A stretch of DNA of 64,000 nucleotides, taken from NCBI GenBank assembly GCA_965213685.1, contig CBDBZY010000018.1, positions 512,001 to 576,000 of the forward strand. Reading direction: 5' to 3'. A program made the position numbers and the translations under genes. The DNA comes from a bacterium (lineage in GTDB: Bacteria > UBA8248). Under the pieces are notes generated by a model. It had not been told where the DNA came from and searched no databases. It saw only the letters and a list, made by a program, of their open reading frames with translations. Shown here piece by piece: positions 36,271 to 51,324 of the stretch (its first letter is position 1; every line of letters starts with the position of its first letter).

Positions 36271-39200
36271 CTTCACTCTCTCTCCTCTGCCGTTCTTCCT
36301 CCAACTTGGACCCACTCAGGACATTAGTTAGTGTCCACTTATCTTCCTCTTCACACTCTGCAGTGGAGGCAGAGATACATGTGCAGTTACCTAGGCAACC
36401 CTCTTGCCAGTAATTAGTGCAGTACTCCTCCCTCTGCCCACAGAGGGAGATCACATTACATCATCCACTCACACCTGACATCCTGTGCATAGTGCACTAT
36501 GTACCCACAGGCAGGACATGCCACAGCCTTGTACATGTACATACCATCTCACCACATCTCCTACTGTTACTGCTGTCCACAGCATCACTCCACAGTGAGC
36601 AGTGTGGCCAGTCCCCCACTCCACTCACTGCCACAGTGCCCATCATGCTGCCTACCACACTCACTCCACTCACCAAACTCCAGGACTGTGGTGTCAGAGA
36701 GCAGCAGATAGTCATGTCCTGAAGCATACTTGAAGGGGTGATCGGAGACTCCAGCCACAGCCACCACCAACTTCTTTGTAGGAGTGAGGTGGAGCACTCC
36801 ACCACCATGCCACCACCGTGGAGTCAGGGATCCTGGGGGAAGGAGTACCTGTAGGGAGGGGAACAGGAGAACACTCAAATGTACAGCAGTCCACACAATT
36901 GTCTGCTGCTCCACTGCTCACTGTTGGCTGTCAGTGGAAGTGTGTTGTGTATTATCTCAAAGGCTGCACATCACCTCCTACACACCCACTGCCTTCACTG
37001 CTGTCCAGTAATGGAGCAGCCCATTCCTCACTACTCTCTCCCTCTCCATACCACACAACTCTACACCACATGACTTCTCTACATGTACTGCACACACTGC
37101 CATATGCTCTCCACATGCCAACCTCTATCCACTCACATGCCACACCTACTCACCTGGGTTGGCTGCACAGGACAATACCACACACACCACAACACACCAT
37201 CACTACTGGTATAGGGGCAGGCTTACAAGGGGAAGTGTTCAGCTGAGCACTAGCCACACATGCAGTGTGAAGGTCATTGCCGCACAACAGCACCACTAAG
37301 GGGACATCAACACACTCACTGCCTCATGAGCTCACAGCTCACTCACCTCCTCCCACTGGATGGCATTAATATTGAAGAGCCACACATCTCCCAGTGGCTT
37401 GTTTTGTCTGCTCAGACCTCCCGCCATCACCATACATGGGTGTGGTGGGTCTCTGTCTGGATCCCACAGACTGTAGGCTGTGTGGGCCTGCCTCTCCTCA
37501 GGCCATGGCTGGCCTGTCTGAGGTAGCACTGGTCCAGTCCAGTGCTGGAGAGGGAAAACAATTTGAAAACACTTTGAGAACATGTAATCCACTCACATAT
37601 GCACATGCTCCAGCTCAGTAAGGCACCCTCCCCTCTCTACACTGCCTGTATGGACTCACACTACTAGCTAGCCACACATGCCAGCCCATGTACATGGAAC
37701 ATGTACCTGCAAACCTCTTCTCCCATGTACACTAACTGGCATGTACACTGTACATACATGTACACTGTATGTAGTCTACATGTAGATTCTGTCTCATCAT
37801 GATAAGAGCAACATCTTTTCCACTACTCTATCAGTTGCTATGCATGTACAGGCCACTATTGGGTCCCACCAGAGACAATAATATTATATTACTGTATGTA
37901 TGCCCATATTCACGTATGTATGCTCATATTCACGTATTCTCATATTCACGTGTGTATGCTCATATTCATGTACATGTGTGTGCATGTGATGGTGTCTTGT
38001 GCAGGGGACAGTGTCTCCTGTAGCACTGCTCTACATGTATGTACTGCCAGACCTGCCACTCCTCATTCCAACTCACAGGCCATGCTCCCCTCTCTACACT
38101 GGCTCATGGCTGATGACTGATGACTGAACACACACTCTCTTCCCTGCACTGACTCATACCAGGTATCTAGGCCCACACTAGCCTCACATCACATCATCGC
38201 AATCATATTACACTGATAGATAAATGTACACACATGGAAAAGGCACTAATTATGTGTTTTATTGCTCAAACAACTGAACTACAGTAGGCCACAGGTGATC
38301 TCAGACAGTGCATTATTAATTGGGTACAACTATATCTCCGCCACTCACCCATGCCACAGTGTCCAGGATGAACACTGCATTTGTCCTCCTCATCCTCTCT
38401 CCATCAAACCCACCAAACCACACGACTCTCCTCCTGTCCACTCTAGTGAGGGTCATGCCAGTAGATGGAGGAGGAGTCCTACCAGTGGTGGGTGGAGTGG
38501 ACCACTGACCTGGAGGGGAAGAGAGGGATTGGTCTGGGACTAGCCACACCCACTGGCCTGGGGACACTGCTCACATGATCCACCAACACCCACCAGGTAA
38601 GGCACAAGGCACTCTGCTCCTCACAACCATCTGCACCACTACATACTGACATGTACTAGTCAACATGTGAGGAGCTCTGCAATGCTCTCACTGTACTTGC
38701 TCTATTTGATTCTTTTACCATAAAATCGAACTCTGCTGCTGTTGGGGTAGGCGAATGGGAAATATGTAAACAATTAACTTCTTATTCACAGACTGTAGTG
38801 GTATTGTGGGCATGGGAGTGAATACAGTTCATAGTTGACGCAGAAGAAGTGCCTGGCTCTGCAATGCTCTGACTGTACTTCATTTGAATATTTTACCATG
38901 AAATATTTTGTTGGGGTCAATGGGAACTATCTCAAATAAGTAAACATTGAAACTTCCTGTTTATCATAGACAGTGGTGTAGTGGTATTGTGGGCATGGGA
39001 ATGAATACAATTCATAGTTGACACAGAAGAGGTGCCTGGCTGACTGTCCAAACATGAGCATGCCAGGCCGATTGCCTGACATCATACAGGTGCATACATG
39101 TACATAGCAGAGGGTGAGGGATGTGACTTGTGTAGAGCAGCATACATAGTCCCATCATTTGCATGCCCACCTCATGTGGTGAGAGGTAGCATGTCTGTGC

Positions 39201-41103
39201 ATATATGTATGCTAGAATAACTGACATGGTTACCAGGTACACAGGAGGAGAGAGAGTGCTTCCTTATTAGGAAGCATACTATTACCATGCCTGGCCAGGC
39301 TGTGTGGGTGTTTCCCAACTGTCTATGATGGGGCACAGAGACCACCTCCACCCTAACTAACAGCTCCTCCTCAAGCAGCCACTGCTAGAGAGGCAGCACT
39401 GCAGCACAGAAGAGACAGCCTAGCACCAAACATTACTAACTAGAGGAGTGGTGCAGCTGAGGAGGGCCTTGGAAACAAGAGAGACATGTCTACAGGAGAT
39501 GAGCTCATATCAGCTCCCACGACTGCTCCTGAGACTGCACTGGAGGGAGAAGCTCGGCTGCAGTAGAGACACATTATATATAATTGCTTAAAAATAGATC
39601 GGCCTCTGAGACAATAGACAGGAGAGAGGTCCAGCTATGTAGTCCAGTTAGAGTTGATAGCAACTCCTCAGCATGAGAGATTGCTCAGTGATAGTACTAG
39701 ACAGAGGGAGCTGCAGAAAGTCACAGCTACAAGAAGCTCAGGTGCAGTAGAGAAACGGATTGCTTTGAGGCTGTTGCTTAATGGCCTTTGAGACAGTAGA
39801 GACAGTAGAGAATGGAGAGGTCCAGCTGTGCAGTCCAGTTAGAGTTAAGAGCAACTCCTCAGCATGAGATATATCTCACTGACAGTACCAGACAGAGGGA
39901 GCTGCAGAAAGACATAACTACAGTGCATGTGTACATGTACATAAGGGGTAACTCAAAGTTTGCCATTCATATGGAGGGCACACTCCCACTAGGGGGTCTG
40001 GGAGAATGGCACTGAGTGAATTATTGAAGTACAGACACTCTCAGATGGATTCTGAGGCATTCTGCAAGTAGTCATAGCCATTCCTATTGTTTTGCTGGGG
40101 AGGGGGAGGGATGAAGTTGCTTTCTTGTGGGAGGGGGTGATATTCTAGGCCTTTTCCTCCCCCTGCATGAACCCCTGCTGATTTTGCAACACAACTGTAC
40201 CCCATACACATGGCCACATGTACAATCATGCATACCTTACTGGACCTAATGATATCCTAAAATTTGAGGTACATAGGAGAGGGCAGAGAAAAGGTATAAC
40301 TGATCTGCAGCACATGACCACACCTATGCATATTACATGATGCATTACCGGTAATTGGTTTCTAATCCTAAAGTACACATACTTTGAGTAAGCATGTCAT
40401 GCTCTGGCAGCAATCAGTTGTCTCTACCTGCACTGAGTTTGTGGTCTGTGTCTGGTGTTATCACATGAGGTCATGTGTAGAGGTCAGCTCATACATGCAG
40501 TGGACCAGTTGTAACCTCATGCACAGCATGTGAGGTAGAGTAAAGGTACTGACAGTCCATGCACACACCTGACTCAGAGTTGTAGTACAGGAGCTGATTG
40601 GTGTATCCTCGACCTTTATTGTCCCCTGGATCAGGAATGAAGCCTGTCATTGGTTGGCGGGTAGGACGTTCTGCGTACCCTCCAGCATTGAGTAGATCTC
40701 CACTGGGCAACGCGACAAGACCAGAGTTCGCAGTGCGTAGCATTTGGCCAGAACTGACAATTCTCCTCCATACAAAGTTTTGGGAGTTGAAAACAGAGAG
40801 ATCATTGCAGAAGCCTGGGCCACCACTGTTCCCGCCCATGAAGTACAGGTTTGTGTGATACGAGGTGACTGCAGCACCTTGGTACCATGATGGAAGCTCA
40901 CCAGATGTCGGATATTTCTTCCATGATAATGTCGCACCATCAAACACTTCCACTTCTCGTGGAAATGTGACACTTTGTTTATGCTGGAATGACTTAAGCA
41001 TGCCCCTAAACATCCAGAGTTGTGAGCCAATTGAAAAGGTTGGTGCATCAAAACGTTCCTCAGGTTCGTATGAGCCAGTTGGCTGTGCAGGAGGCTCAGC
41101 CAT
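36271..41103 (-). CDS. Kelch-repeat beta-propeller protein; exons about 41103-40570, 38509-38349, 37544-37347, 36848-36674, 36357-36271; 3' end unresolved
   Basis: Kelch motifs (LYFMGG...CNDLSVFN...W, LLNAGG, VVWFGGFDG...NAVFILDTVAW, MVMAGG...GDVWLFNINAIQW, PRWWH); GT-AG junctions with polypyrimidine tracts and compatible phases. Confidence 0.85.
38670..39040. repeat. Intronic two-copy tandem repeat, unit about 185 bp
   Basis: CTCTGCAATGCTCT...GTAGTGGTATTGTGGGCATGGGA...TTCATAGTTGAC repeated. Confidence 0.7.
39520..39915. repeat. Intronic tandem repeat, unit about 190 bp
   Basis: GAGAGGTCCAGCT...GTCCAGTTAGAGTT...GCAACTCCTCAGCATGAGA...GACAGAGGGAGCTGCAGAAAG repeated. Confidence 0.7.
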
Positions 41104-41582
41104 GGCTGGATCTGGGGAGAGGTGGGAGGGGGAGATAGCCACTGAGTGAAGTTTCACATGCATATGGCAATTATGTATACAGTGTCTGCATGTGAGCATA
41201 ATTATGCATGTCTTGTCCGATTTTAAACACAGTGAAGCTTGTAAGCTCTATACACTTGCATATGTGTAGTGGGCCTACCTCAACACACCTGTGTATCAGT
41301 GTATGGGAGTGCTTCTAGCTGTGTAAGCCAAGCTAGGCAAATGCAGTCTAGTGTTGTGTGCAGGCTCTTTTAGTCCTATTCGACGTGCAGGTGGCAGGTG
41401 GTTGCTAAGCTGAGTGGGGAAATCCCATCATGTAGCCTTTCTCTAACTCCACCCTTAAAGTGGTCTCTAGAGTGGAGGAAATCCCACAATGTTGCGCTAG
41501 CTCTTTTGTTTTGCTCTGCTTTCAATTCTCTGCCAATATGCTTGCATGAGAAAATCTCTTCATACTATGGGTTGCATGCATG

Positions 41583-42430
<848 letters not shown>

Positions 42431-43947
42431 GACGGAGACTGGGTAGTAAGTCATGGAAAGGGCTTTAGAGCTAACATAGTTGTATGGGGAATGCCTAGGG
42501 ACATTAGTACGCTTGAGGTTAGGGCTAAATTAGCGGACGTACGTCTAGCTAGCTTTGTGAGAGGTAAAGTTGTTTGGGAAGGTGATCACTTGAGGCTTGC
42601 TCTTACTGCTACTGATAGTAAGGTATTACAAAGGAACAAGTTAGTCAGATATCATCCATCTTACGTAAAAGATTGGTTGTAGATGTGTTCTGGATGAGCC
42701 TAAAAGAGTGGTGCATAAGAATGAGCAGTTAGTTTGTAGTAACAGATTTGAGCCCTTAAGTGTTGTTGAGCCTGTAGGGTCAGGTATTGAATGTAAGAGT
42801 GACAGTGAGCATGTAGATCTTAATAGAATGAGAGAGAATGTGGTAGCTGGGAATCGACAGGAGAGGAAATTGAGGGTGGGTACATGGAACGTCTCGGGAT
42901 TGTGTAGTGAGCATAAACAAAAGGAGGTAGGTGAATTGTTGAAGGTAAATAATATTGATGTTGTGGCTGGTCAGGAGTCGTGGGAATAGGAGGGTAGCAG
43001 GATAAACGTAGATGGGTATAAGTGGCTTGGGAAGCCTCGTGATGTTCAAAATAGTCAGAGAGGGGAGGGAGGTTTTGGATTCCTTGTTTGTGATTGCTTG
43101 GTTAATGAAGTAGAGTTTGTTCGTGAGGTAAAGTATGCAGAGAGTGTGTGGGTGAAAGTGAGGGGTGAGAGGGGAAGGTGAGCATTGTACATAGGTTGTA
43201 TATACATGCCTACTGATGGTTCAGGTATAGCCACTGTTGATGACAGTTATAACTTACTTAAGGAAGATATCCTTACTTTCAAGCAGAAGGGGAAGGTTGT
43301 TTTGCTTGGAGATTTTAATGCTAGGGTAGGAAAGTCCAGTGAGGTTGATGATGTGATAGGGATGTTTGGGGAAGAGACTTGTAATGCTAGTGGTAATAAG
43401 TTGATTTCCTTCCTGAATGAAGTGAAGTTGGTTGGTTGTAATGGTAGAAAGCTAGTGATTGAGCCTGATCGGACCAGGGTCAGGCCTAGTTTGAAGCAGA
43501 AGTTGATTATAGAATACATTATAACTGACGGGGACTCAAGGAAGGCTTCTGGGGATGTGCATGTAGATTCCTCGGTTATTGGATGCTCAGACCACATTTT
43601 AGTTTGGATGGAGCTTGGTAGAGCATGTAAGTTAACTAAGAGTCGCAGGAGGATAATTAAGAAGTGGTGTTTAGACAGGTTTGAAGTAGAGGATGTAAGA
43701 CCTAAATACCAAAAAGTGTTAGAAGAAGAAGGGAAGGGGTTTTCTGAAAGCATTAGGCAGAAAATGAGTAAGGGGTTGAAGGGTCATGCCTTGGTGGGTG
43801 AAATGCTAAGGGAGTGGGAGAGTATTGTGAATAGAGTAGCTAAGAGGGAGGTGGGGAAGAAAATGATAGAGTGTGGTAAGTCAGCTAGGTGGTAGTGAAG
43901 TAAAGGATAAAATCAATTCTAGAAGGAAATTGCATAAGCGCTTGCCC
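42431..43947 (+). pseudogene. LINE fragment with APE endonuclease, stops present, no RT
   Basis: LRVGTWNVSGL...IDVVAGQESWE*, RGEGGFGFLV, YIGCIYMP, VLLGDFNARVG, SDHILVW. Confidence 0.85.
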
Positions 43948-44903
43948 ATGTCAGGAAGCAAGTGACGCTCGGACGGACGATGGGGAAAGGGTGCTCGGAT
44001 GTGTGACGAGATAAGGGCTGAAAGAGCTAGGCTGCAGACAACTCTAGTCCTACCATGCAATCACAAGAGAAAGAAATCTCGCCACTTGTTCCCACAGTGG
44101 TACATGTACATTGTGGCCCTGCGCTCGCTGCCGGCAGCGCATATGGTACTAAGGTAGGCGGGAGATGTATACTCGAAACTTTTATAGCTTTGACTGTAAG
44201 CTTACTGTGGCTCACACTTTTCTGTGTTCTCCTAGCCAGTTGAATGTGCTCTTTGTTTTCCCTTGCGCAGGGCGAGGTTCACTCTGATCTGTCCCACCCT
44301 TTGCTCAATAGTATCCTAGAAGTATGCGGATATGGACGACAGTGAGTCTTGTGCAAAACCGGAAGTTCTATGGAAAATATGAATAGTGCTGTACATAGGA
44401 AGTCTATTATCCACTCCAGAAACCCACGTCCACCATTGCGATCCGCCACATGGCCTGCACGCGAAAGCATGAAAGCATAATATGGTTACTAGTATACGCT
44501 GTCAGTTCAATGGCTAGTGCTGCATCCACAGGTTGTAAAGTGCACGTCATACCAACAACTGATCGTCTGCGCTAAACATAATATATCTATAAAGTAACAA
44601 TTTTCCTGTGACTTCAGCTATACAAACATTATATATTTTTTTCAAATACTCTCCGGTTCCATGTGTTCAGATAAGTGACTTCCTACAGTAGCTTTTCACG
44701 TGTGACGGCGCGTCATCCACAAGCAAGCCACGCGGAGCCACGCCTTCCAGAGAAGGCGTGGCTCCGCGAGGCTGCGAAGCAGAAGGCCACAACTGCGACT
44801 ATTAATATCAGACTCAAAGTCATTGAAGGACTAGTATTGGAGGGCCTAATATAGTTCTTGGGATGGGATGACACAACCCACACTTAAAGCCATCAGAAAA
44901 TGT
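43948..44903 (+). repeat. Long direct repeat, copy 2 (about 950 bp)
   Basis: Colinear with 41583-42430, with small indels. Confidence 0.9.
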
Positions 44904-44932
44904 AAGAGTCCTTTGATACTAAGGCTTATATA

Positions 44933-45000
44933 TAGTCTGGCGAAGCCATACCCGAACGCGCAAGCGAGCTTGCGCGCTCGGGTGTGGCTTCGCCAGACTA
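44933..45000. mobile_element. 68-bp palindromic MITE
   Basis: TAGTCTGGCGAAGCCA...TGGCTTCGCCAGACTA; 9-bp TSD GCTTATATA. Confidence 0.9.
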
Positions 45001-45312
45001 GCTTATATATGCATATACGTACATGAAACTTATGGGTCTGATATGTTTTAGGTCCGTAGTTTTGTTGTTTCCAAATGTATATGTTCTTGACTTTTTGCTT
45101 TGTAATAATGTACATGTACATTTCGTCTTTGTGGTCTGGTGAAATATGGGGTAAGTGTGAGGAGTGCATGTATGTTCTGTAGAGGGTGGTATGTGTTTTC
45201 CAGGAGCTGGGAGTATGTGGTCTATCTGTGAGAGTGGGTATTTACTCTGGGAAAATCATGGGGTGTGCTTGTATGTAAAGCAAATAGACAGGTGTTATTA
45301 GACGAGCTTATG

Positions 45313-45464
<152 letters not shown>

Positions 45465-46857
45465 AGTGGGGGGGTAGTAAAACACACGTAATATTATATA
45501 TGTAGCTATTGATTAGGGGTTGATATATCATATGAAATGTATTCAAATGATCCATAATCAGCAGCAGTAAATTCATAAAATCATTGACAACCACCACAAT
45601 AACCTATAAGCATGCATTTGACATGTCACTTGCCTTTTCAACACTGTCTCTCGTACTTTGCACATACACTTATGCATGTGATTATGTGTATGTACTTCCA
45701 TTAAATTGTCTGGGGCTAAAGCTGGGCTGGAGAATGTTAGCTAGGGAAGGGAGAGAGGGTGATAACAGACCCCTCCCCCTTTTCCGAGGGCCCATCTGTA
45801 CTTGAATTGAAACCCTGGTAGCCTGCATGAGCATGAGGTGCAGGAAGCTGTGGCAATGCATCCCTTTTTTCATCCCTTACTGGTGTGCAGCAAAGGTACA
45901 CTGTACACATACTTCATCTCACAGAATATTCTGTGGGGGATTGATCAAAGTTAAGTGCAAATGAGTACATATTTCCCTCTCACTGGACATACACCCCCTA
46001 TTTCTTAAGTGCACTATTACATCACCATAACTGTAACTATATAGACAGGAGTTTGTACGGAACTTTCCAGGCAGATTATGAGAATAATGTTCGCGAAACC
46101 ACTCGGAAGTAGTATAGTACATAGCGTGAAGACGCGGCGCGCCGCCCTGGCCCCGCTTACGTATCTATAAGCCAAGTAGACCTACATGTAGATGTACGTG
46201 TAGATGCTGGGCTCGTCTAGGGACACAGTTGGCCTAAGAGTGAGGATCGCAGCTGAAGGCTACAAGACTGTCGACAGACTGAGTGAGTTTTTCCGTGTTC
46301 GAGGGCTAATTTGTGTTACTACGTGACACTGGGCCTACTCATGTGGGGTGCGGCACAGCCTGTTGATACTACGTAGTAGCCTGTTGATACATGGTCAGGT
46401 GTCTGCTAACACGAGCACTGGAAAAGGGCAGGCCTGCTGAGCTGTGATTGTGTGAGGTGTATGTAGTTAGGTGCGTTGTGTTGTTGCCCACTGCCCCAGC
46501 GTCCATTGGCCCTCATGCACATTTACTTGTATAGTGCAATGCTCAGACACGTACACGTACATGTGTGCATGAAGATGTGAAGTGAATAGTTCATGTGCAG
46601 TGTATGTGCACTGTTCATGTGCAGTGCTCTCCTTTCCTTTTCCTTGTCCTTTTTTCTAGAAGGTGAGCTGTTGCGTGTGCCTAGTTTTGGGGTTGTTTGT
46701 GTGTGACTTGTGTATATGGATGGTAGATGGTCCACATGGGTGGTGAGAGTTGGTGCACCATCAAAGATCTTTAAGCCCCATTCCCAACTCTTAAGGTTGG
46801 GCATGTGGACCATCTGCCTTCTGTTCTGTTCTTGTACGTGTAGGCTTGTTGCTTTCC

Positions 46858-47040
46858 CCTTTTCTAAGCCGTTGAGGTTGTTAGAGATATATATGTTTCT
46901 AAGCTAATGAAGCTGCTGTACATATCTATTTTTCTAAGCCGTTGAGGTTGTTACAGATATTTCTAAGCCGTTGAGGTTGCTAATATTTCTAAGCCGTTGA
47001 GGCTGTTTCCAGATATTAAACTATATATTTCTAAGCCCCT
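46858..47040. repeat. Short tandem array of TTTCTAAGCCGTTGAGGTTG
   Basis: Four near-complete and two partial copies. Confidence 0.85.
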
Positions 47041-47634
47041 AGCTTCTAGGCATTGTTAGCTTGACACATGTTAAAGAGGATGGGGAGGAAGAGTGAGCAA
47101 CAGTCTTTTTGAAGACACTACACTGGCTGGCAGAGGATTTGATATTAAAGAAAGTGTACAGGATTGGACTGTGCTACTGCAAAAGATTTCCCAAAGCTTG
47201 AAAAGCTTTCATAATTCAGCATGTCATCTTTAGTGTATGGACTGGGGTTGAGGATCAGATGCATGCAGACATGTACATAGGTTATTGCTGGCCAGAGGTC
47301 TACATTATCCTTTCACTCTCTCCCTGGCAGCTCATAAGGATCACAGCCCACAACTTGAATTGTGTCAACATAGTGTCACTTCGACTCTGCATCAGCTACA
47401 TGTATGCTAGTCACGTATTCTGGGAGAAAAACACTTTCCAGATGTTTATATACTCAAAGCCATCCTCACTAGGTATTTACGTGTGCGTTTACACTTTAGT
47501 TCACCAATATGGCACATAGCAACCGTTGCCATGCAAACGTATGAACCATGACATACTATGCAATGGGTCTACAGCAATGCTGAATCTGTTGAAAGAGGTA
47601 CAGCATGAACATGTGCATACATAAACATCAGTCA

Positions 47635-47800
47635 AAGGGGCAAGGCAACGCAAAGCAACTGTAACTACGGCTGAAGATAGCTCTTGGAAGAAATGAGATG
47701 TGTCTCAGGTACATGTAGAACTGGAACATGTGCCATACTGCACACTGCGTATATGCTCCACCAACTGAGCCACTGAGGCAGCTTAGCTGGGTGGGCTGAA
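47635..47800 (-). mobile_element. Degenerate tRNA-derived SINE-like repeat
   Basis: Reverse strand reads CCCAGCTAAGCTGCCTCAGTGGCTCAGTTGGTGGAGCA (A box) with the family tail TTGCTTTGCGTTGCCTTG. Confidence 0.55.
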
Positions 47801-48865
47801 TATTTAAGGGTTATACAAAGGCAATGGCATCTCTCCTGTTAGACAGGGCAGCTCTTAACTTAGCAATATGTACACGCTACACTGTATTGTGGTCCACTGC
47901 CCTTAATGCTCTTGTTCATAAAACATGCCATAATTGTGTCCCATGTGGTGCCCACTCCACTGCCAGTGAGACCTGATATTGGCAGACCCATCCTGCACAA
48001 TAGTCAGCACACCTGATCAGAGAGCTGGGGCAGTATGCACATTGTACGTTTTGGGAGGGAGGGGGGGACGCAAACAATGTGCCCTCCTTGGCTGTACAGG
48101 TTGTTTACACCACTTATTCACCTCTCAATCTTTACTGTTTACTGTTTGGTCACCTTTGCCTCTCCCCCCAAAGTTCCTGGCTCTATGGCTCACTCGTGGC
48201 TCCAAAGGGGCAGCACAGCCCCCCCTCCCCCAGGGAGAGCTCTGGCATGTGCTGCAGTACATGTACATGTCCACGTGCAGCTTATCTTATTCATGTACAT
48301 GTACATGCACTCGTACTACTGCACTGCCTTAAAGTAGCTTCATGAAGCACATGTGCCCGTCACAGGCAACATAACCATGTACATGTACATGTGTGTACAT
48401 GTACCTGTACTAATATACTGTCTTTTGAGACGTCCTCTTCTCCCTCCCTCCCTTCCCTATTGTCTCAGCTCAGGTGGCATCGCAGTCAGGGCTCACATGT
48501 ACCTGTGCATGTACATGTGAGTGGGTGATGAGAGCCAGCCACCTTTGGAACAGCTGTCTGCTGCTTCCCCAGCTTGCTCTAGCTCACCTCGACATGCATG
48601 GCCTGAGGGCTAACTCTACTAGACCATAGCCCAATTGAGTTGACGTAAACCGACAATGCTTGCATCAGCTGTACAGGCTGTTGTAGCATGCAATGAAACT
48701 GCGCCGAGGGTTTGCACTTTGGTGCTTTTCATTTCATCTTGTTCACTGGTCTACTGCACATAAATCTACACATACATGATTGTATAGTTATATTGTCACT
48801 GTGTGCAGCTGTTTACATGCACACTGGACATGTGTTTGTAGGTTATGTACACTTTACACATGTAT

Positions 48866-49478
48866 GTGTTCCACCGGATGTGCAGCCCAGCAGGTTGATC
48901 AGTGGGCAGTCCGGATGCCCAGCCTGTGGGCCGGCTGTGCAACTGGATGAGCGTTCGGCTGTGCATCCCTGTCTCAAAGCTCGAGAGAAGTGTACACTTC
49001 CCACTTCACGTAGGTGTAGAGTCAGTTATCTCAGTTACAAACCAAGCTGAAAGAGAGAGACAAACGAATACATCAGTGGTTGTGCTACCAGGCAGCAGTC
49101 CAGTTATCTAACTGGCTATCCCAATGCTCAACCATAGGAGGTACACAACATGTTTTGAGTTGGTATGCAGTGGATTCAGCTCCGAATGCACTCCTAACAT
49201 GAAGGTTTTGGGCCTGGAAAGAGCTAAAAAGGACTTATGTTTGTACGTTCATCACATTCGTTACACCACAGGACATTACGAGACTACCCACCATTATCTG
49301 TAGCGGAATATTTTGTCCGAAGACATTTGGTCTCTCTCTCCTCTACCATTCTAACTGACGTAACAATATTATCTCTTGGTACGCAAAATCACAGTCTGGT
49401 TGACTGACTGGGCATCCGGTTGTTCAACCGGATGCCCTGTTGTTCAACAGAACAGGGGTTGCGCATCCGGGCGGAACA
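48866..49478. mobile_element. Probable MITE
   Basis: TGTTCCACCGGATGTGCAGCCC / GGGTTGCGCATCCGGGCGGAACA imperfect TIRs with subterminal CCGGATGCCC motifs. Confidence 0.6.
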
Positions 49479-50759
49479 TGTACACATACACTGTACCTAC
49501 CTCCCATGATCACACACAGGCATGTGCATGTACATTTACAATGTACGTATACATGTGTATGTAAGCTCACAATCCCCTCTCTCCTCCCAAAACTCACACC
49601 CTCACACATTATGCAAGCACACATGTACATACCCATCCCTCCCTTCCTCCCTGCCTCCCCCTCCTCCTCCCTTCATCCCTACTTGTCTCTGTTCAGTCAG
49701 CATCATGGTCAGTGTTGACATGTGCATGTACATGTAGTTGCAATGCTTTGTGTGAGATGCAATGTAGCTGTAGAAGTTTTGAGTGTTTGTGGCGGTTAAT
49801 TATATCACCCCATCTCATCCCTGCACTGCTGGCTCTATGTTTTGAGGTGCAGGATTTCCCTACGATGTAGTTTAACAGTGACGCAGGAAGATTATTTTGT
49901 AAGGGGGTGCACCAGATTTTTGGATATGTGCGTGAAGTGCCCGCCCCTGGGAGGGCCCATGCCATGTGTACTGGGTCGTAGCAGAGGAGGTTGGACATGA
50001 CGTAATTTGACATGACTATCACATGACCACGCATACATACTGACGGAGAGCTGACCTGAAAGCTTTCCCGTACATTTTCCCACAGGAGGTAGGCGCTTAT
50101 CTTTCTAAGAGCGTGTATCACGTGCCTGTGCCCACCCTCCTCTGGGGTCATAGGTCACATGGAGTCAGACCACATGACCTACATGTACATATGACCTCTG
50201 ACCTAATTATTTTGAAAAATTTCACGGGTGCTCCAGCACCTGGCGCCCCCGTGCTTCCTGCACCACTCAGTTATGTAATGGATGAGTTTCCTGAAACTAC
50301 AATCTCCACCACAGCAGCTATGCAACTGCAGCGCTGAGAGGCTGATGAGAGCCATCCAGTTCGAAGCAGCTGTCTGCTGTTTCATTTGCTGTTTGCATAA
50401 ATCTCTGACTTGCTGGATTCCATCCTATCCAGTGGCCTACCACACATAATGTACACATACAGATTGTCCCTGTATGCAGCTATTCACATGTACATGTACA
50501 CTGCACATGTACTTCTTGTGATTTAGAGAGCACGCAAGTATACATGTACATTGTACCTCCCTCTCATGTGCACACACATGTACATGTACACAAACATGCA
50601 GGACTCTCAGTGAAGCCATGTGCCAGGCAGGACTCGAGATGAAGTTTGTTACTAACCCACAAGACTTCCTTGGCAACCCAAAATGATGCTCCCCTCATTC
50701 ACCAAGTGAAGTGATTTCAACTGATCAGTGACAGTACGTGCCAACCCTTCCCTCACTTC

Positions 50760-51200
<441 letters not shown>

Positions 51201-51324
51201 ACATGCTCACTGATTCACAATGCATGACCATACTCACCTACATACTACCTCGCTCCTCTCCCTCCTCTCCCGTCTCTCCCTCTTCCACCTTTCTCCTCAC
51301 CCCTCCCTCCCCCTCCTCCCACAG

